Translations under genes and position numbers: made by a program
From: a virus
Virus record (IMG/VR): IMGVR_UViG_3300030090_006322
Location: 27,434-91,433 of that record
Length of the DNA stretch: 64,000 bases
Direction: 5' to 3' (one strand)
Notes under the pieces: generated by a model
Databases searched by the model: none
What the model was told of the DNA's origin: nothing
The model's input: only the letters and a program-made list of their open reading frames with translations
Shown: positions 10,681 to 20,780 of the stretch, in pieces
How positions within the stretch are numbered: position 1 is the first letter of the stretch
Layout: every line of letters starts with the position of its first letter

Positions 10681-11524
10681 TAGTTATTATATTTTTATAA
10701 GTCTGTATTTCTAAAAAAGCTTGGACATTATCAAAGCAGTAATTACCTTTAAATTCAACTTTGTTTAAAGAGTCCCAGTTTTCCAAGAATATCCCAGGAA
10801 CTTTCCAATATTCAAACAATGCGGTTATAGAATTATCTATGGCTATTGGTATAGATCCTACTAGTAAAGTTTCATAAAATCGATGTAAGTCTTGCCCAGA
10901 ACCCTCCAAACAAATAACAAACTTATATTCGTTTAACAAAGAAAGATATTTTTTAAAAGAGAGTTTTTCTTCTTGGACTTCTACGAAATCTAAAGAACTT
11001 AAGGTTTTAAGTAATGCCGCTCTATCTGGGTTTGTAGAAGCTGTGTGATAAGGTAATAATATTTTATCTTTTTTGTTTTTAAAAGATTTTTTGTTTTGAT
11101 ATAGCTCTTTAATTGCATCTTGATTCCCTCCAGCCCTTTCTTTTTCCTCAAACCCAATTGGAATAGGGATTATTTTTTGACTTAAATTTCTAGGTGCATT
11201 AGTGCAATACCATTTTTTTAAAAATGGATTATTAATAATCGAACTAATTTCAGACCCCTTAGTTACATCAAAAGATGAGATGCCAGAAATTAAAGTAAAG
11301 TTATTTTTAATTTTAGGTAGAATAACCTTTTGGAACTGTCCGTGGTAAATGTAATCAGTTTTTACAAAAACAATATCTCCATTTTCTATCTCTAGAGGGT
11401 TTATGTAATTTTTATTATGTAACCTACTGACTCCAGCACCTTTGTAAAAATCTTCACCAACATCCAGAACATGGTCTGCTATTGTCGGCATCCAATTGTA
11501 ATTAATAAACTTAAGGTCCATCAA
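10673..11524 (-). CDS. exostosin/GT47-like glycosyltransferase
   Basis: PIPIGF, YKFVICLEGSGQDLHRFYETLLVGSIPI. Confidence 0.6.
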   Translation of the reverse strand: MMDLKFINYNWMPTIADHVLDVGEDFYKGAGVSRLHNKNYINPLEIENGDIVFVKTDYIYHGQFQKVILPKIKNNFTLISGISSFDVTKGSEISSIINNPFLKKWYCTNAPRNLSQKIIPIPIGFEEKERAGGNQDAIKELYQNKKSFKNKKDKILLPYHTASTNPDRAALLKTLSSLDFVEVQEEKLSFKKYLSLLNEYKFVICLEGSGQDLHRFYETLLVGSIPIAIDNSITALFEYWKVPGIFLENWDSLNKVEFKGNYCFDNVQAFLEIQTYKNIITNV

Positions 11525-12231
11525 CTTAAACTTTTAATTGTTTGATCATCTTTTCTCGCTAAAATAGCCTGATATGGTCGAGGACAATCATCTGGTATTT
11601 TTTTGAATAAAGAATTGTTTGTTTTAAAAAAATCTCTTGAGAATTCTTTTTGATTTTCGTTTTTGCCCATCCACTCTTTAGAGGTATAGATGTTATAATT
11701 TAAATCTTTAAGAATAGACCTGCGGTGCCAATCCTCATCCCAGTGAAATTCAACTTGGAAAATAATTGAGTTATTAGACATGATTTTTCTAGCCCCTTCA
11801 AACACATCCCATTCAGCGCCCTCCACATCCAGTTTTATAAAATCAACTCTTTTGTCTTTAAAATAAGTATCTAAATTAATAGTATTAACTTCAAATAATT
11901 TTTCTTTATAGTCCGAAGAGTAAGCGTAAGGTGGTGCAGTTTGTAAATTACCCACGCTACAATCTTTTAAATCCAAAGAAAAAATCCCTTTACCGTTTTC
12001 TTTAGTAACAGCACAGTTATTTATTTTTAAATGTTTGTTTCTTACTAGATAAGAATATTTTTTTATTAAAAATTGATAATTTAAAGGAGAGGCTTCAAAA
12101 AGATGTCCAATTTTCATTTTGGGTAATAAAAAATCTGTCATGTCGCCTACACATGCGCCTATATCAGCGAAATGCCATTGACTTTGAATTAATCTTGAAA
12201 GTCGTTGTGATTGATTTTGTATCCAAGACAT
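11521..12231 (-). CDS. FkbM-family methyltransferase
   Basis: DIGACVG, FEASP, IKLDVEGAE. Confidence 0.85.
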   Translation of the reverse strand: MSWIQNQSQRLSRLIQSQWHFADIGACVGDMTDFLLPKMKIGHLFEASPLNYQFLIKKYSYLVRNKHLKINNCAVTKENGKGIFSLDLKDCSVGNLQTAPPYAYSSDYKEKLFEVNTINLDTYFKDKRVDFIKLDVEGAEWDVFEGARKIMSNNSIIFQVEFHWDEDWHRRSILKDLNYNIYTSKEWMGKNENQKEFSRDFFKTNNSLFKKIPDDCPRPYQAILARKDDQTIKSLS

Positions 12232-12233
12232 AT

Positions 12234-12944
12234 CTAATATTTAATTTGTTTCCAATTTTTATTACTTTGCGAACCTAAAGGATGACCTCTAAAATCATGG
12301 AAGAACAATTTTTCTTGATCGCAATAAATATCTACTAATGTTTTAAAAGAGCTTTCCATACAATGCACCTCTTCGGCTTTTTCTAAAATGCCTATAAAAT
12401 GAAAAATATTTTCTGATGTGTCGTTTTCTATTATGTGCAATTCTTTGTTTTGTATATGGCTTTTATCTAATGTGAAACCCCTATCTTTATCGTCGTGGAC
12501 AAAAGCAAAAGGTAAGTTTTCAGGGTTTAACTTTTGCAAAAGTTTTTTTTCTGCCTCCAAGTCTCTTTCGACATAGAAATAAGACTGTCTTATGTCATAT
12601 GGGATTTTGACTTGATCATAAAATATTTCCCAGCAATTTTTTCCTACAGCCGCATGGTCGTAGTTTTGATGCCCGACTACTAACAAATTGTCATCGTGTT
12701 TAGCGTGTGTATTGAGAGCCTTTTGAACTTCTTCATGTTCTTTAGATCCATCTATTGCAATGATGTTAATTTTATCATTTTCTCTATACATGTAATCAAC
12801 CATCTTATAATAGCTATCTTTAGAGAAGATTGTTACTTTTTCATAGCCCCATTTTTCTTCTATATATCTTACCATTCCGTTGCAATCAAAATGGTCTCCC
12901 AAACCTAAATGATGATATATAAATAAATTATTTTTCATTACCAA
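12234..12944 (-). CDS. conserved phage protein, putative glycosyltransferase
   Basis: HHLGLGDH..CNGMVR and AEEVHCMESSF motifs; inside the glycan cluster. Confidence 0.5.
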   Translation of the reverse strand: MVMKNNLFIYHHLGLGDHFDCNGMVRYIEEKWGYEKVTIFSKDSYYKMVDYMYRENDKINIIAIDGSKEHEEVQKALNTHAKHDDNLLVVGHQNYDHAAVGKNCWEIFYDQVKIPYDIRQSYFYVERDLEAEKKLLQKLNPENLPFAFVHDDKDRGFTLDKSHIQNKELHIIENDTSENIFHFIGILEKAEEVHCMESSFKTLVDIYCDQEKLFFHDFRGHPLGSQSNKNWKQIKY

Positions 12945-13588
12945 ATTCTGTTATCGTTTTCATCCACTGGTTCTCCAATAAAATATTTTGGATTACCATA
13001 ATGATCTAACCCCTCTCTTCTGCTGATTGGGAATGGCTTTTTCTCAAAAAACTCGTCATGAACAAAAGAGTTGTTTTTTACTAGTGGATAGATTTTTTCT
13101 CTTAAAAATTGTTGATCCAACTCTCTGAAATTGTCTTTTTTGTATTCGTCAATTAACTCTCTCATTTCAGATATAGATCCTTGTTTAGCTCCCCACATTC
13201 CAGCTAAAATTGCTGTTCCATGAGCGGGGTGATCTCTCATTATATGAAATCCTTTGTCGCTAGATATCCATTCGTCAACTGCTGCTTTTTCTCTAGCAGA
13301 AAGTCTACTGTCACTATCTCTACAGATCATGATCTCTACATCATCTTCAGAGGCTGGCAAAAACCTCCAAAGAGTGCTTAGATAATCTCCAGACTCTTTC
13401 ATTAAGACAACCTCCACATTGTCTTTCCCCTCCAAACTATTGATAATATCTTTCGGGGTAGAAGATCCCAAATAATAACGACATATCCAATCAGGATATA
13501 TATCTTTAGCTAAATCTGCATTTTTTAGCGCTCCAATAGTATATATGGGATTATCTCCCCACACTGTAAAACTTATAATTTTTTTCAT
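12938..13588 (-). CDS. putative GT-A-like glycosyltransferase
   Basis: WRFLP, RDSDSR (DxD), HIMRDHP.H, ILAGMWG. Confidence 0.55.
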   Translation of the reverse strand: MKKIISFTVWGDNPIYTIGALKNADLAKDIYPDWICRYYLGSSTPKDIINSLEGKDNVEVVLMKESGDYLSTLWRFLPASEDDVEIMICRDSDSRLSAREKAAVDEWISSDKGFHIMRDHPAHGTAILAGMWGAKQGSISEMRELIDEYKKDNFRELDQQFLREKIYPLVKNNSFVHDEFFEKKPFPISRREGLDHYGNPKYFIGEPVDENDNRIW

Positions 13589-14526
13589 TTATTTAAGTTT
13601 TTTATGAATTTTTGCAGATACTTTAAAAGATTGTGTTTACCAAAATAATCTTTTTTGCATTGTTGGATGGCTGGCAATCTCCAAGAAATAGGTTCATCCA
13701 TTATTTGTTTTAGCTCTTCAATAACATTATCAGACTCTGGATCAAAAGTAATAAAAGCATTTTCATCATAAGCTTCTTTGATTTTTGAACACCCATAATA
13801 AATTGGTATACAGTTGTTTAAAAATGCATCAAAAAACTTTTCGGAAATGTAAAAGTCTTCACAACTGTTTTCCATGCATATAGAATATTTGTAATCTTTA
13901 AGAGCTGTCTTTTTTAAAGGGGGAGCGCCTTTGTATCTGCGGTCATTTATGGACCAACCTTTTCCATAAATATCTATCTCTAAATCTGAATTTAAGATTT
14001 TTAATAATAAATTTTCTCTGATATAGTAATTAGATTCTTGAGGTTGAGATGATCCCGCTAATGCTCCATGATTTGCGACCATAAAAGACATCTTTTTAGG
14101 GTAATCGGGAGAATCTATATTTTCAGGGAAAGAGTCATTTTTTAAATATTCGCTTTTGGTTGGGCCATATAGGTTATCGGTGTGAATATTGTTTCTAGAA
14201 TCATGGGTGAATAAAAAAGAAAATGTATGATGAACATTCTCTCCTTGTATTTTTTTATCACAAGTAATCACATGCTCGCAGTAATTACCAAGATCTTTTA
14301 ATGAATTAACGCTCCATGTAGGCTCCATAGTAACAGCTATGTTTTTTTCTTTCGGAGACGAATACATTTCATTGCTGTGATTTAGAATAATCAAATAATC
14401 ATAGTCATCACTAGTCGTTAAATCGAAGCAATTGGGGAGTTTGCCCCAATTGTATAAAACGCGAGCGTTGTTTTCCTCTGGCGAATCCCAAGGAGAAGAA
14501 AATTTTAATTTTATTTTTTTAGACAT
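13585..14526 (-). CDS. GT10 alpha-1,3/4-fucosyltransferase-like
   Basis: YKYSICMENS..YISEKFFDAF..CIPIYYG. Confidence 0.82.
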   Translation of the reverse strand: MSKKIKLKFSSPWDSPEENNARVLYNWGKLPNCFDLTTSDDYDYLIILNHSNEMYSSPKEKNIAVTMEPTWSVNSLKDLGNYCEHVITCDKKIQGENVHHTFSFLFTHDSRNNIHTDNLYGPTKSEYLKNDSFPENIDSPDYPKKMSFMVANHGALAGSSQPQESNYYIRENLLLKILNSDLEIDIYGKGWSINDRRYKGAPPLKKTALKDYKYSICMENSCEDFYISEKFFDAFLNNCIPIYYGCSKIKEAYDENAFITFDPESDNVIEELKQIMDEPISWRLPAIQQCKKDYFGKHNLLKYLQKFIKNLNK

Positions 14527-15212
14527 TAATAAGAATCTCTTAATGTTGATTTAAGGTGGCTTAAGTTTTCTTCATCAACAGCTAATACGCTGCCATGTTT
14601 TGTCAATGCTTTACCCCAATATACTTGGAAATCCATTTCTTCAAAAGCAGTGTTGAATTCCCAATCTAAAGGTTGGGTAATTTTGGTTGATTGAAGATAG
14701 TCGTTTAATTTTTTTAATGCATCTTTTGTATATAAAACTGTGCATAATCCATTAGTGGCTGGATGGTCTTTTTTCCCGAAAATATCTCTATCGTCTCCTT
14801 TTCTAATCCAAGCTTCCCCTAAAAATACACAATCATATTTTAAGTTATGATCCCTGCATAGCTTATTCATTTTGCTAACATACAAAATTGCATCTTCTTT
14901 AAAAATTACATCGTCTTCTAAAATAAAAAAGTATTCTCCTTCATCAGATTTAACTATATCTTCAATAGCTTTTTTATATTTCATGCATAAAGACATTTCT
15001 GACTTTAACATTTTTCTTTTAAACTTTTGTTCAAAAACTTTTAAATCGAAGTTATTATTTATAGTTTCATCAGAAAGTTCTTCTTGATCAAAATCTTCTA
15101 CGAATTCATGTTCAACTTTAGGAAACCAAGTTTCCATTTGTTTTTGCATGTGAGTTTTTCTCTCTTCTAGTTTCGTATAATGTATGATGTAAATTTTATT
15201 TATGTCCTTCAT
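14526..15212 (-). CDS. GT25-like glycosyltransferase
   Basis: YIIH..LEERK, ILEDDV, PLDW. Confidence 0.7.
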   Translation of the reverse strand: MKDINKIYIIHYTKLEERKTHMQKQMETWFPKVEHEFVEDFDQEELSDETINNNFDLKVFEQKFKRKMLKSEMSLCMKYKKAIEDIVKSDEGEYFFILEDDVIFKEDAILYVSKMNKLCRDHNLKYDCVFLGEAWIRKGDDRDIFGKKDHPATNGLCTVLYTKDALKKLNDYLQSTKITQPLDWEFNTAFEEMDFQVYWGKALTKHGSVLAVDEENLSHLKSTLRDSY

Positions 15213-16054
15213 TTAAATAATTCAAAGTTAATTGACTTTGGATCAAAATCTCCCCATATTTTTGTATACAATTCAGGAGTCAAATCTAAATCTTTGAAAT
15301 CTGACCAATCATCAATAATTAAAATAGGTATACCCAATTTTTTAAACTCTTCTACCCCATGCCAACGAGTCACAATTGGGATGCTTTTCATGTAAATAGC
15401 CTCCCAAGTTTTATGACAATCAATTCCGTTTCCAATTGGAGATAAAGTAAAATAAGAACTAGCTATGTCGGTTAAATATCTTTCTTGAGTTGATTCAACA
15501 AAGTTATCATGATCTTTAAGGGAAGATGCATCTGGATAGTTTTTTTCCAGTTGTAGATTATATGGAAAGCCTATTTTATCTAAACATTCTTGTCTTGCGC
15601 GTGGATTGGTGGAGATGTTAAAATTGACATATACATTTTGAAATTTATTTATTTTTTTAGATTGTATCTCTATAAATCTATCTTGATTTCCATGAGACCA
15701 CTTTGGATTAGCTATACCAATTGGGATAGGTTTTACTTTAGGATGTTCTACAAGTAAGTTTTGAGTATACCAAAATCCAATATTCGGAAATAAATCTAAA
15801 ACAAAATCAATTTTTTCATTATCAAAATTAGTGTCTGAATTATGAGTGATTAAATTAAATTGTTCAGGAAGTTTTACAGCCCCTATTTTTCTATAAGTAT
15901 CTAATAAAGTTAAATGCTCTGGCTTACAGAATACATAGTTGTTATCTAAAGATTCATCTTCTTGCGGAAAAAACTCTGCCGTTCTTGGATCTTTATAATT
16001 ACTTAGTTGAAGCTTACATTGATGCTTAAAATATGTCCCACAAATAAAATTCAT
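15209..16054 (-). CDS. exostosin/GT47-like glycosyltransferase (paralog of 10673-11524)
   Basis: ITHNSD, PIPIGIAN, FTLSPIGNGIDCHKTWEAIYMKSIPIV. Confidence 0.62.
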   Translation of the reverse strand: MNFICGTYFKHQCKLQLSNYKDPRTAEFFPQEDESLDNNYVFCKPEHLTLLDTYRKIGAVKLPEQFNLITHNSDTNFDNEKIDFVLDLFPNIGFWYTQNLLVEHPKVKPIPIGIANPKWSHGNQDRFIEIQSKKINKFQNVYVNFNISTNPRARQECLDKIGFPYNLQLEKNYPDASSLKDHDNFVESTQERYLTDIASSYFTLSPIGNGIDCHKTWEAIYMKSIPIVTRWHGVEEFKKLGIPILIIDDWSDFKDLDLTPELYTKIWGDFDPKSINFELFK

Positions 16055-16899
16055 TTTACAACGGTCTCCCAAAATTTAGACGCAGCAGACTCACAGCGAT
16101 CTTTAAATTTATCATATCCTATTTTTTCAAATTCTAAATACGAACCAATTTTAGATTTGTCACCTATAATTTCTTCAACCCCACACAATAAGGCTTCTGC
16201 TACCATTCTGCAAAATGGTTCATTAACAATTGGAGAGTGGAAGATTGCATTAGATTTCTGAAAAACCTGTGCTATTTCAGAGTGATCTATCTGACCGTTG
16301 TGTTTTATATTAGGATATTTATCAAAAAAACCTTTAGTGCTAAAATCTGCCCATCCAAATATGTCTATGTTTCTGTTAGGGTTTTCTTTAGCAAATTTAA
16401 GTAGATTGTTAAAGCCTTTTAGGTGGTGTAAATAACCACAGTAAACAACATCATATTGTTTATCACAATCACTTTTTTTAAATACCTGTGTTTCTATTGG
16501 GTCATAGATTATTTCTACATCATGGAAATAATCTCCATAAAGTTTTTTGAAAAAATCAAAATGGAAATCGCTTAAAAAATAATTTTTTTTAGATTTCGAA
16601 AATAACTCTAACCTAGTATCATCATGCAAATATGAACAAGAATCATGCTCAAGCCTAATTGAGTTAGGCATTTTAAGAATAAAAGGTAGCTTTTCAGGAG
16701 AGATTTTACTAATTACCTCAAGATTTGAGTTAATAACTAAATCGTAAGATGTTAGAAAATCAGTAACTGATGAAGAATGGCTGTGTTCTTTTATTTCATA
16801 GCCAAGCTCTTTACCTTTTTTGATTAAGATATTATTGCTTACTTGAGCGCCACCTTCTCTCTGTTGTAGTGTGAAGTCAGATATAAACAATACTTTCAT
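16051..16899 (-). CDS. GT4 (GT-B) glycosyltransferase
   Basis: GYLHHLKG, EPFCRMVAEALLCG (Ex7E motif). Confidence 0.78.
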   Translation of the reverse strand: MKVLFISDFTLQQREGGAQVSNNILIKKGKELGYEIKEHSHSSSVTDFLTSYDLVINSNLEVISKISPEKLPFILKMPNSIRLEHDSCSYLHDDTRLELFSKSKKNYFLSDFHFDFFKKLYGDYFHDVEIIYDPIETQVFKKSDCDKQYDVVYCGYLHHLKGFNNLLKFAKENPNRNIDIFGWADFSTKGFFDKYPNIKHNGQIDHSEIAQVFQKSNAIFHSPIVNEPFCRMVAEALLCGVEEIIGDKSKIGSYLEFEKIGYDKFKDRCESAASKFWETVVK

Positions 16900-16918
16900 G
16901 CAAATGCATGATTATAGT

Positions 16919-17899
16919 CTATAATTCTTCTTCTTCAACAACTTCCTTAACTTCAGACAAAAATGGTAAAGAATTTAATAGGTCTTGTTGATCTGCAAAA
17001 TTAGCATCATCCCAACCCCACTCACTTAAAACTTCTTCATCATCCCAAGCTACAACCTCACTTGAAGTCATTTTGTTTACAGGTTTTTTGCTCCAAAATC
17101 TACAAGACCAATATCTAGCCTTATGTTTTGGACCTGGGTTTGTATCGCACTGGTGACGCGCTCTGAAATTTCTACGTCTGTCTGGATCATCTCGCTTGAT
17201 CTCCATATTTGGATCTCCAAATTTTACCATGACAGTATTTCCTTTTGGGTTTTTTACATAAACACCAAATTTCTTTTTGGAACCAGAAGGTAATCTAAAG
17301 GGTTTATTTAGGGTTTTTTTTTCTGCTTCTGAATAATCGATATCCTCTATGTCTTGATCCATTTCGACTTCAGAAATCCCCGCTTTCAACAAGTCTATTT
17401 TAGCTAGACCAAATTCTACTTCATTAAAGTCAACATATGCTTCTCCGACTGGCTCATTGTAGTATTCCTCGCTACCTCTAGCAATATCTCCATCAGCAGC
17501 TCTGTAAGATTCTTTGACTTTTCCCCCACGAACCATTTTTAAGAATGTATTTACGCGAGCCATCGCCCACTGACCCCTGCTTTTACCAGGTCTATGGCTA
17601 CTTGAAAATGCTCCTGCACCCCTCCTATAAACCTTTTTAAGTTGTCCAAGAGTAACTTTTTTAGAGTGTTTAGCGTTATGCTCCTTGACTTTATTCTTAA
17701 GTGAAGTGATTACTTTTTCAGAAAAAGTAATAGAGGGAGTTTTTTTGCCTCCTCCAGCAGATCCTTTAGGATTCTTTTTCGAACCTTTTTTGCGCTCCGA
17801 AGGTTTAGCTGGTGTTTGAGCAGAACTTCTTGGTCCTTTGCGTTTTGCGCTTTGGCTTTCTAAAAAGTCTTTAGCTTGATCTGAAAAGTCGTATTCCAT
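16919..17899 (-). CDS. basic two-domain phage protein of unknown function
   Basis: Domain 1 VYRRGAGAFSSSHRPG..QWAMARVNTFL; domain 2 VKFGDPNM..RRRNFRARHQCD..ARYWSCRFW; GTGTAA motif upstream. Confidence 0.7.
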   Translation of the reverse strand: MEYDFSDQAKDFLESQSAKRKGPRSSAQTPAKPSERKKGSKKNPKGSAGGGKKTPSITFSEKVITSLKNKVKEHNAKHSKKVTLGQLKKVYRRGAGAFSSSHRPGKSRGQWAMARVNTFLKMVRGGKVKESYRAADGDIARGSEEYYNEPVGEAYVDFNEVEFGLAKIDLLKAGISEVEMDQDIEDIDYSEAEKKTLNKPFRLPSGSKKKFGVYVKNPKGNTVMVKFGDPNMEIKRDDPDRRRNFRARHQCDTNPGPKHKARYWSCRFWSKKPVNKMTSSEVVAWDDEEVLSEWGWDDANFADQQDLLNSLPFLSEVKEVVEEEEL

Positions 17900-17938
17900 C
17901 AAGAAATTATTACACTTTTAATTATTAAAAATGAATAT

Positions 17939-19585
17939 TTAACCCTCGCAAGAAGAGCAGTTTAGAATAGATCTAGCTAGTTCTTGACTAGGATTAGCGC
18001 TTCTTTGATAATAAAAGCTTTTTACTCCTTGCTCCCAACCAAAAATCAAAAGCTCATTTACTTGTTTTGGTGGGCATTTAGGGGAAATCATTAAATTTAA
18101 GCTTTGTCCTTGATCAATATATTTTTGTCTTTGAGCTGCTTGGATAACAACTTCTTTTTGTGAAATCTCTCCAAATGTTTTAAATACCTCTTTTTCTTCT
18201 TCAGATAAAAAGTCGAGATGTTGGACAGAACCACCTTTAATTAAAATTGATTTCCAAGTTTTTTGAGTATTTTTCTTTTTCTCCTCTAATAATTTTTCTA
18301 GATAAGGATTTTTGTAAGTAAATTTACCTTTAGCTAAATCTTTGGTAAAATAATTACTATTGAGAGGTTCGATAGAGGGAGAAACTTGTCCCAGAATGAA
18401 AGAGCTAGAAGTTGTTGGGGCTATAGCCATTGTGGTCATGTTGCGCCTACCATAACCTTTTAAATGTTCTGGCTCACCCAATAAAACAGAAAGTTCTTTT
18501 GTAGCTTTATCACAATTGTCTCTGATTGTTTTATGAATTTCATTATTTATAAATTTAGCCTCCATACTTTCGAAGCTAATCATTTTATCTTGAAGAAATG
18601 AATGCCAACCTAATACGCCAACTCCTAAAGCTCTTTGCCTTTTAGCAAAATTGTGAGAAGCCTCCATGAATGGAATATCTTTAGTTTTGTTGATGTATTC
18701 CTCCATAACGGCATCAAGAAAATAAACAAGAGTTTGAATTGCGTCTGTTTCTTTTATCTCGTCCCACTTCACAAGATTGAGAGATGATAAACAACAAACA
18801 AAAGACTCCTCTTCAGAAGAATGTAAAAATATCTCGCTACAAAGATTAGATGAATGAATCTTAAGTTTTTTATCTCTATATGCTTTGGGGGCATTTGCAT
18901 TCGCCGTGTCTGTAAAAAACAAGTATGGATAACCAGTCTCAAACCTCTTTTTAATAATCGAGGCCCAAATAGATCTTTTCTTTCGGTCACCATCAATCAT
19001 TGATCTCATCCATTCATCTGTAATGCAGACCCCAAAAGACATTTCTTGAATTGGGTTTCCCTCGCTACGAATTCTTAAAAATTCAGTTATATCAGGATGT
19101 TCTACTGGAAGATATGCGGCAAACGATCCTCTTCTTACGTTACTTTGAGATACGACAGAAGAAACTTTATCAAATAACTCCATAAAGTGGACTGGACCGC
19201 TCGATGTTCCTCCAGCAGATATTTCAACTCCTCTACCTCTTAAATCACCAAAATAACCAGAAGTCCCAGCGCCATGTTTTGTTTGCATACCAACCTCCGC
19301 TTGTTTATCTAAAATCGCGTCCATTCTGTCTTCTATAAAGACACCATTGCAAGAAATAGGAAGACCCCTCTCTCTCCCAAAGTTAGCCCAGATTGGGCTT
19401 GATAAAGAATAAAAACCTTGAGCTAAATAATCAGAAAACTTTTCAGCAAACCCTTTTACTTTTAGTATTTTTTCTGCTGCGAGAGCAATGTCTTCGCCTC
19501 TTTTTTCGGCAGTTTCACCATCTTGTAAATACCCTCTTTTGAGAAAGTCTCGGGCATCTTTATTTAGCCATTTGTATTTTTTCAT
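17939..19585 (-). CDS. nrdA: class I ribonucleotide reductase alpha subunit (no ATP cone)
   Basis: ISCNG, SNLCSE, VCCLSS, APTTSSS, YIDQGQSLN, C-terminal CSSCEG. Confidence 0.95.
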   Translation of the reverse strand: MKKYKWLNKDARDFLKRGYLQDGETAEKRGEDIALAAEKILKVKGFAEKFSDYLAQGFYSLSSPIWANFGRERGLPISCNGVFIEDRMDAILDKQAEVGMQTKHGAGTSGYFGDLRGRGVEISAGGTSSGPVHFMELFDKVSSVVSQSNVRRGSFAAYLPVEHPDITEFLRIRSEGNPIQEMSFGVCITDEWMRSMIDGDRKKRSIWASIIKKRFETGYPYLFFTDTANANAPKAYRDKKLKIHSSNLCSEIFLHSSEEESFVCCLSSLNLVKWDEIKETDAIQTLVYFLDAVMEEYINKTKDIPFMEASHNFAKRQRALGVGVLGWHSFLQDKMISFESMEAKFINNEIHKTIRDNCDKATKELSVLLGEPEHLKGYGRRNMTTMAIAPTTSSSFILGQVSPSIEPLNSNYFTKDLAKGKFTYKNPYLEKLLEEKKKNTQKTWKSILIKGGSVQHLDFLSEEEKEVFKTFGEISQKEVVIQAAQRQKYIDQGQSLNLMISPKCPPKQVNELLIFGWEQGVKSFYYQRSANPSQELARSILNCSSCEG

Positions 19586-20556
19586 TAAAAAAGATCGTCA
19601 GCGTCGAATGTTTGTGAGTTTTTCGAATATTCTACAGGTCTAGAATGAAAGAAATCTGTGGCGTTATTGCCCATCAGTTCCTCTTCGAACCACATTGTAT
19701 CTTCTAGTAAAGAAGTGTCAACATCAAACGCTGAATCAAAACCTATTTTTTCTAGAGAGTCATTAATTCTGTTTTTAATGAACTCTTTTAAAATTTCGGC
19801 ATTGAGACCTTTTTCATCAAATCCATTTACCATCCAATCGACAATATTACTTTCTGCGACAAAAGCAGCTTTAGCTTCTGTAGCTATTCTTTGTTCAAGT
19901 TCTTCGTCAAAAAGCTCTGGGTGTTCGCTGCGGATTGTGTTTATAATTTTAATTCCAGCCAACGCATGAATATTTTCTTCGTTTCTTGTATATTTTACCT
20001 GTTGACCAGTGTCTTTAAGTACATTGCGATAGCGGTTAAACCAATTGATAATGTAAAACTGTGAAAACAAAGATACGTTCTCCACAAAAAGAGTAAACAA
20101 AATGATGGAATACACATATTGTTTTTTAGAATCTTTGTAAAACTTGTGATTATATTTACGCAAATATTTTACCCTGCCTTCGATAAAATCGAGTTGTAGG
20201 TTTTTTTCAAAAATATCTTCTAGCCCCAGAACTTTTAAAAGTCTCTCGTAAGCATTATTGTGAATAACCTCAATGTTAGCCATCACGTAGCCCAGATCGG
20301 TTAAACTTGGATGAGGGAGGTTGTCTCCTAATTTGCTCCAAAACTTTTTAACCGCTACCTCAATCTGACCAATAGCAGAGAGAGTCCTCACGACCATCTC
20401 CCTTTCATCTTCCGTTAAGTTCACGTTAAAATCCTGAATGTCACTACTGAAACTAAATTCCTTGTCGGTCCAAAAACCGTTATGCATTGCCTCAATAAAC
20501 TCTTGCGCCCAAGGATAATGGTCGGGCTTTCTCGATACTTGCTCTTCAAAAATCAT
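19585..20556 (-). CDS. nrdB: class I ribonucleotide reductase beta subunit
   Basis: FWTDKE, QIEVAVKKFW, EVIHNNAY, VENVSLFSQF, EENIH, DFFHSRPVEY. Confidence 0.95.
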   Translation of the reverse strand: MIFEEQVSRKPDHYPWAQEFIEAMHNGFWTDKEFSFSSDIQDFNVNLTEDEREMVVRTLSAIGQIEVAVKKFWSKLGDNLPHPSLTDLGYVMANIEVIHNNAYERLLKVLGLEDIFEKNLQLDFIEGRVKYLRKYNHKFYKDSKKQYVYSIILFTLFVENVSLFSQFYIINWFNRYRNVLKDTGQQVKYTRNEENIHALAGIKIINTIRSEHPELFDEELEQRIATEAKAAFVAESNIVDWMVNGFDEKGLNAEILKEFIKNRINDSLEKIGFDSAFDVDTSLLEDTMWFEEELMGNNATDFFHSRPVEYSKNSQTFDADDLF

Positions 20557-20571
20557 GGTTAAAGGATTTTA

Positions 20572-20667
20572 CACTTAGCAGGGGTATGAAGCAATGTCAA
20601 AGAGAAAATTTCGGAAAAATTTTTTTTGTTGACAAAGTGGTTTCACGGCATATAATAACCGTGAAAC
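20572..20667. promoter_or_regulatory. divergent sigma70-type promoters with an inverted repeat enclosing a -10 box
   Basis: + strand TTGACA 20629-34, 16 bp, TATAAT 20651-56; - strand TTGACA 20600-20595; IR GTTTCACGG/CCGTGAAAC at 20640-48/20659-67. Confidence 0.7.
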
Positions 20668-20780
20668 GGGATAAACGCAATTTACACCTATTACGGTATA
20701 GATTAAGTAAAACGTAATACTATAAAGTATACGTTTTATAAATATTATATAAATATAAATCAGAAATTTTTTTAAATTCT

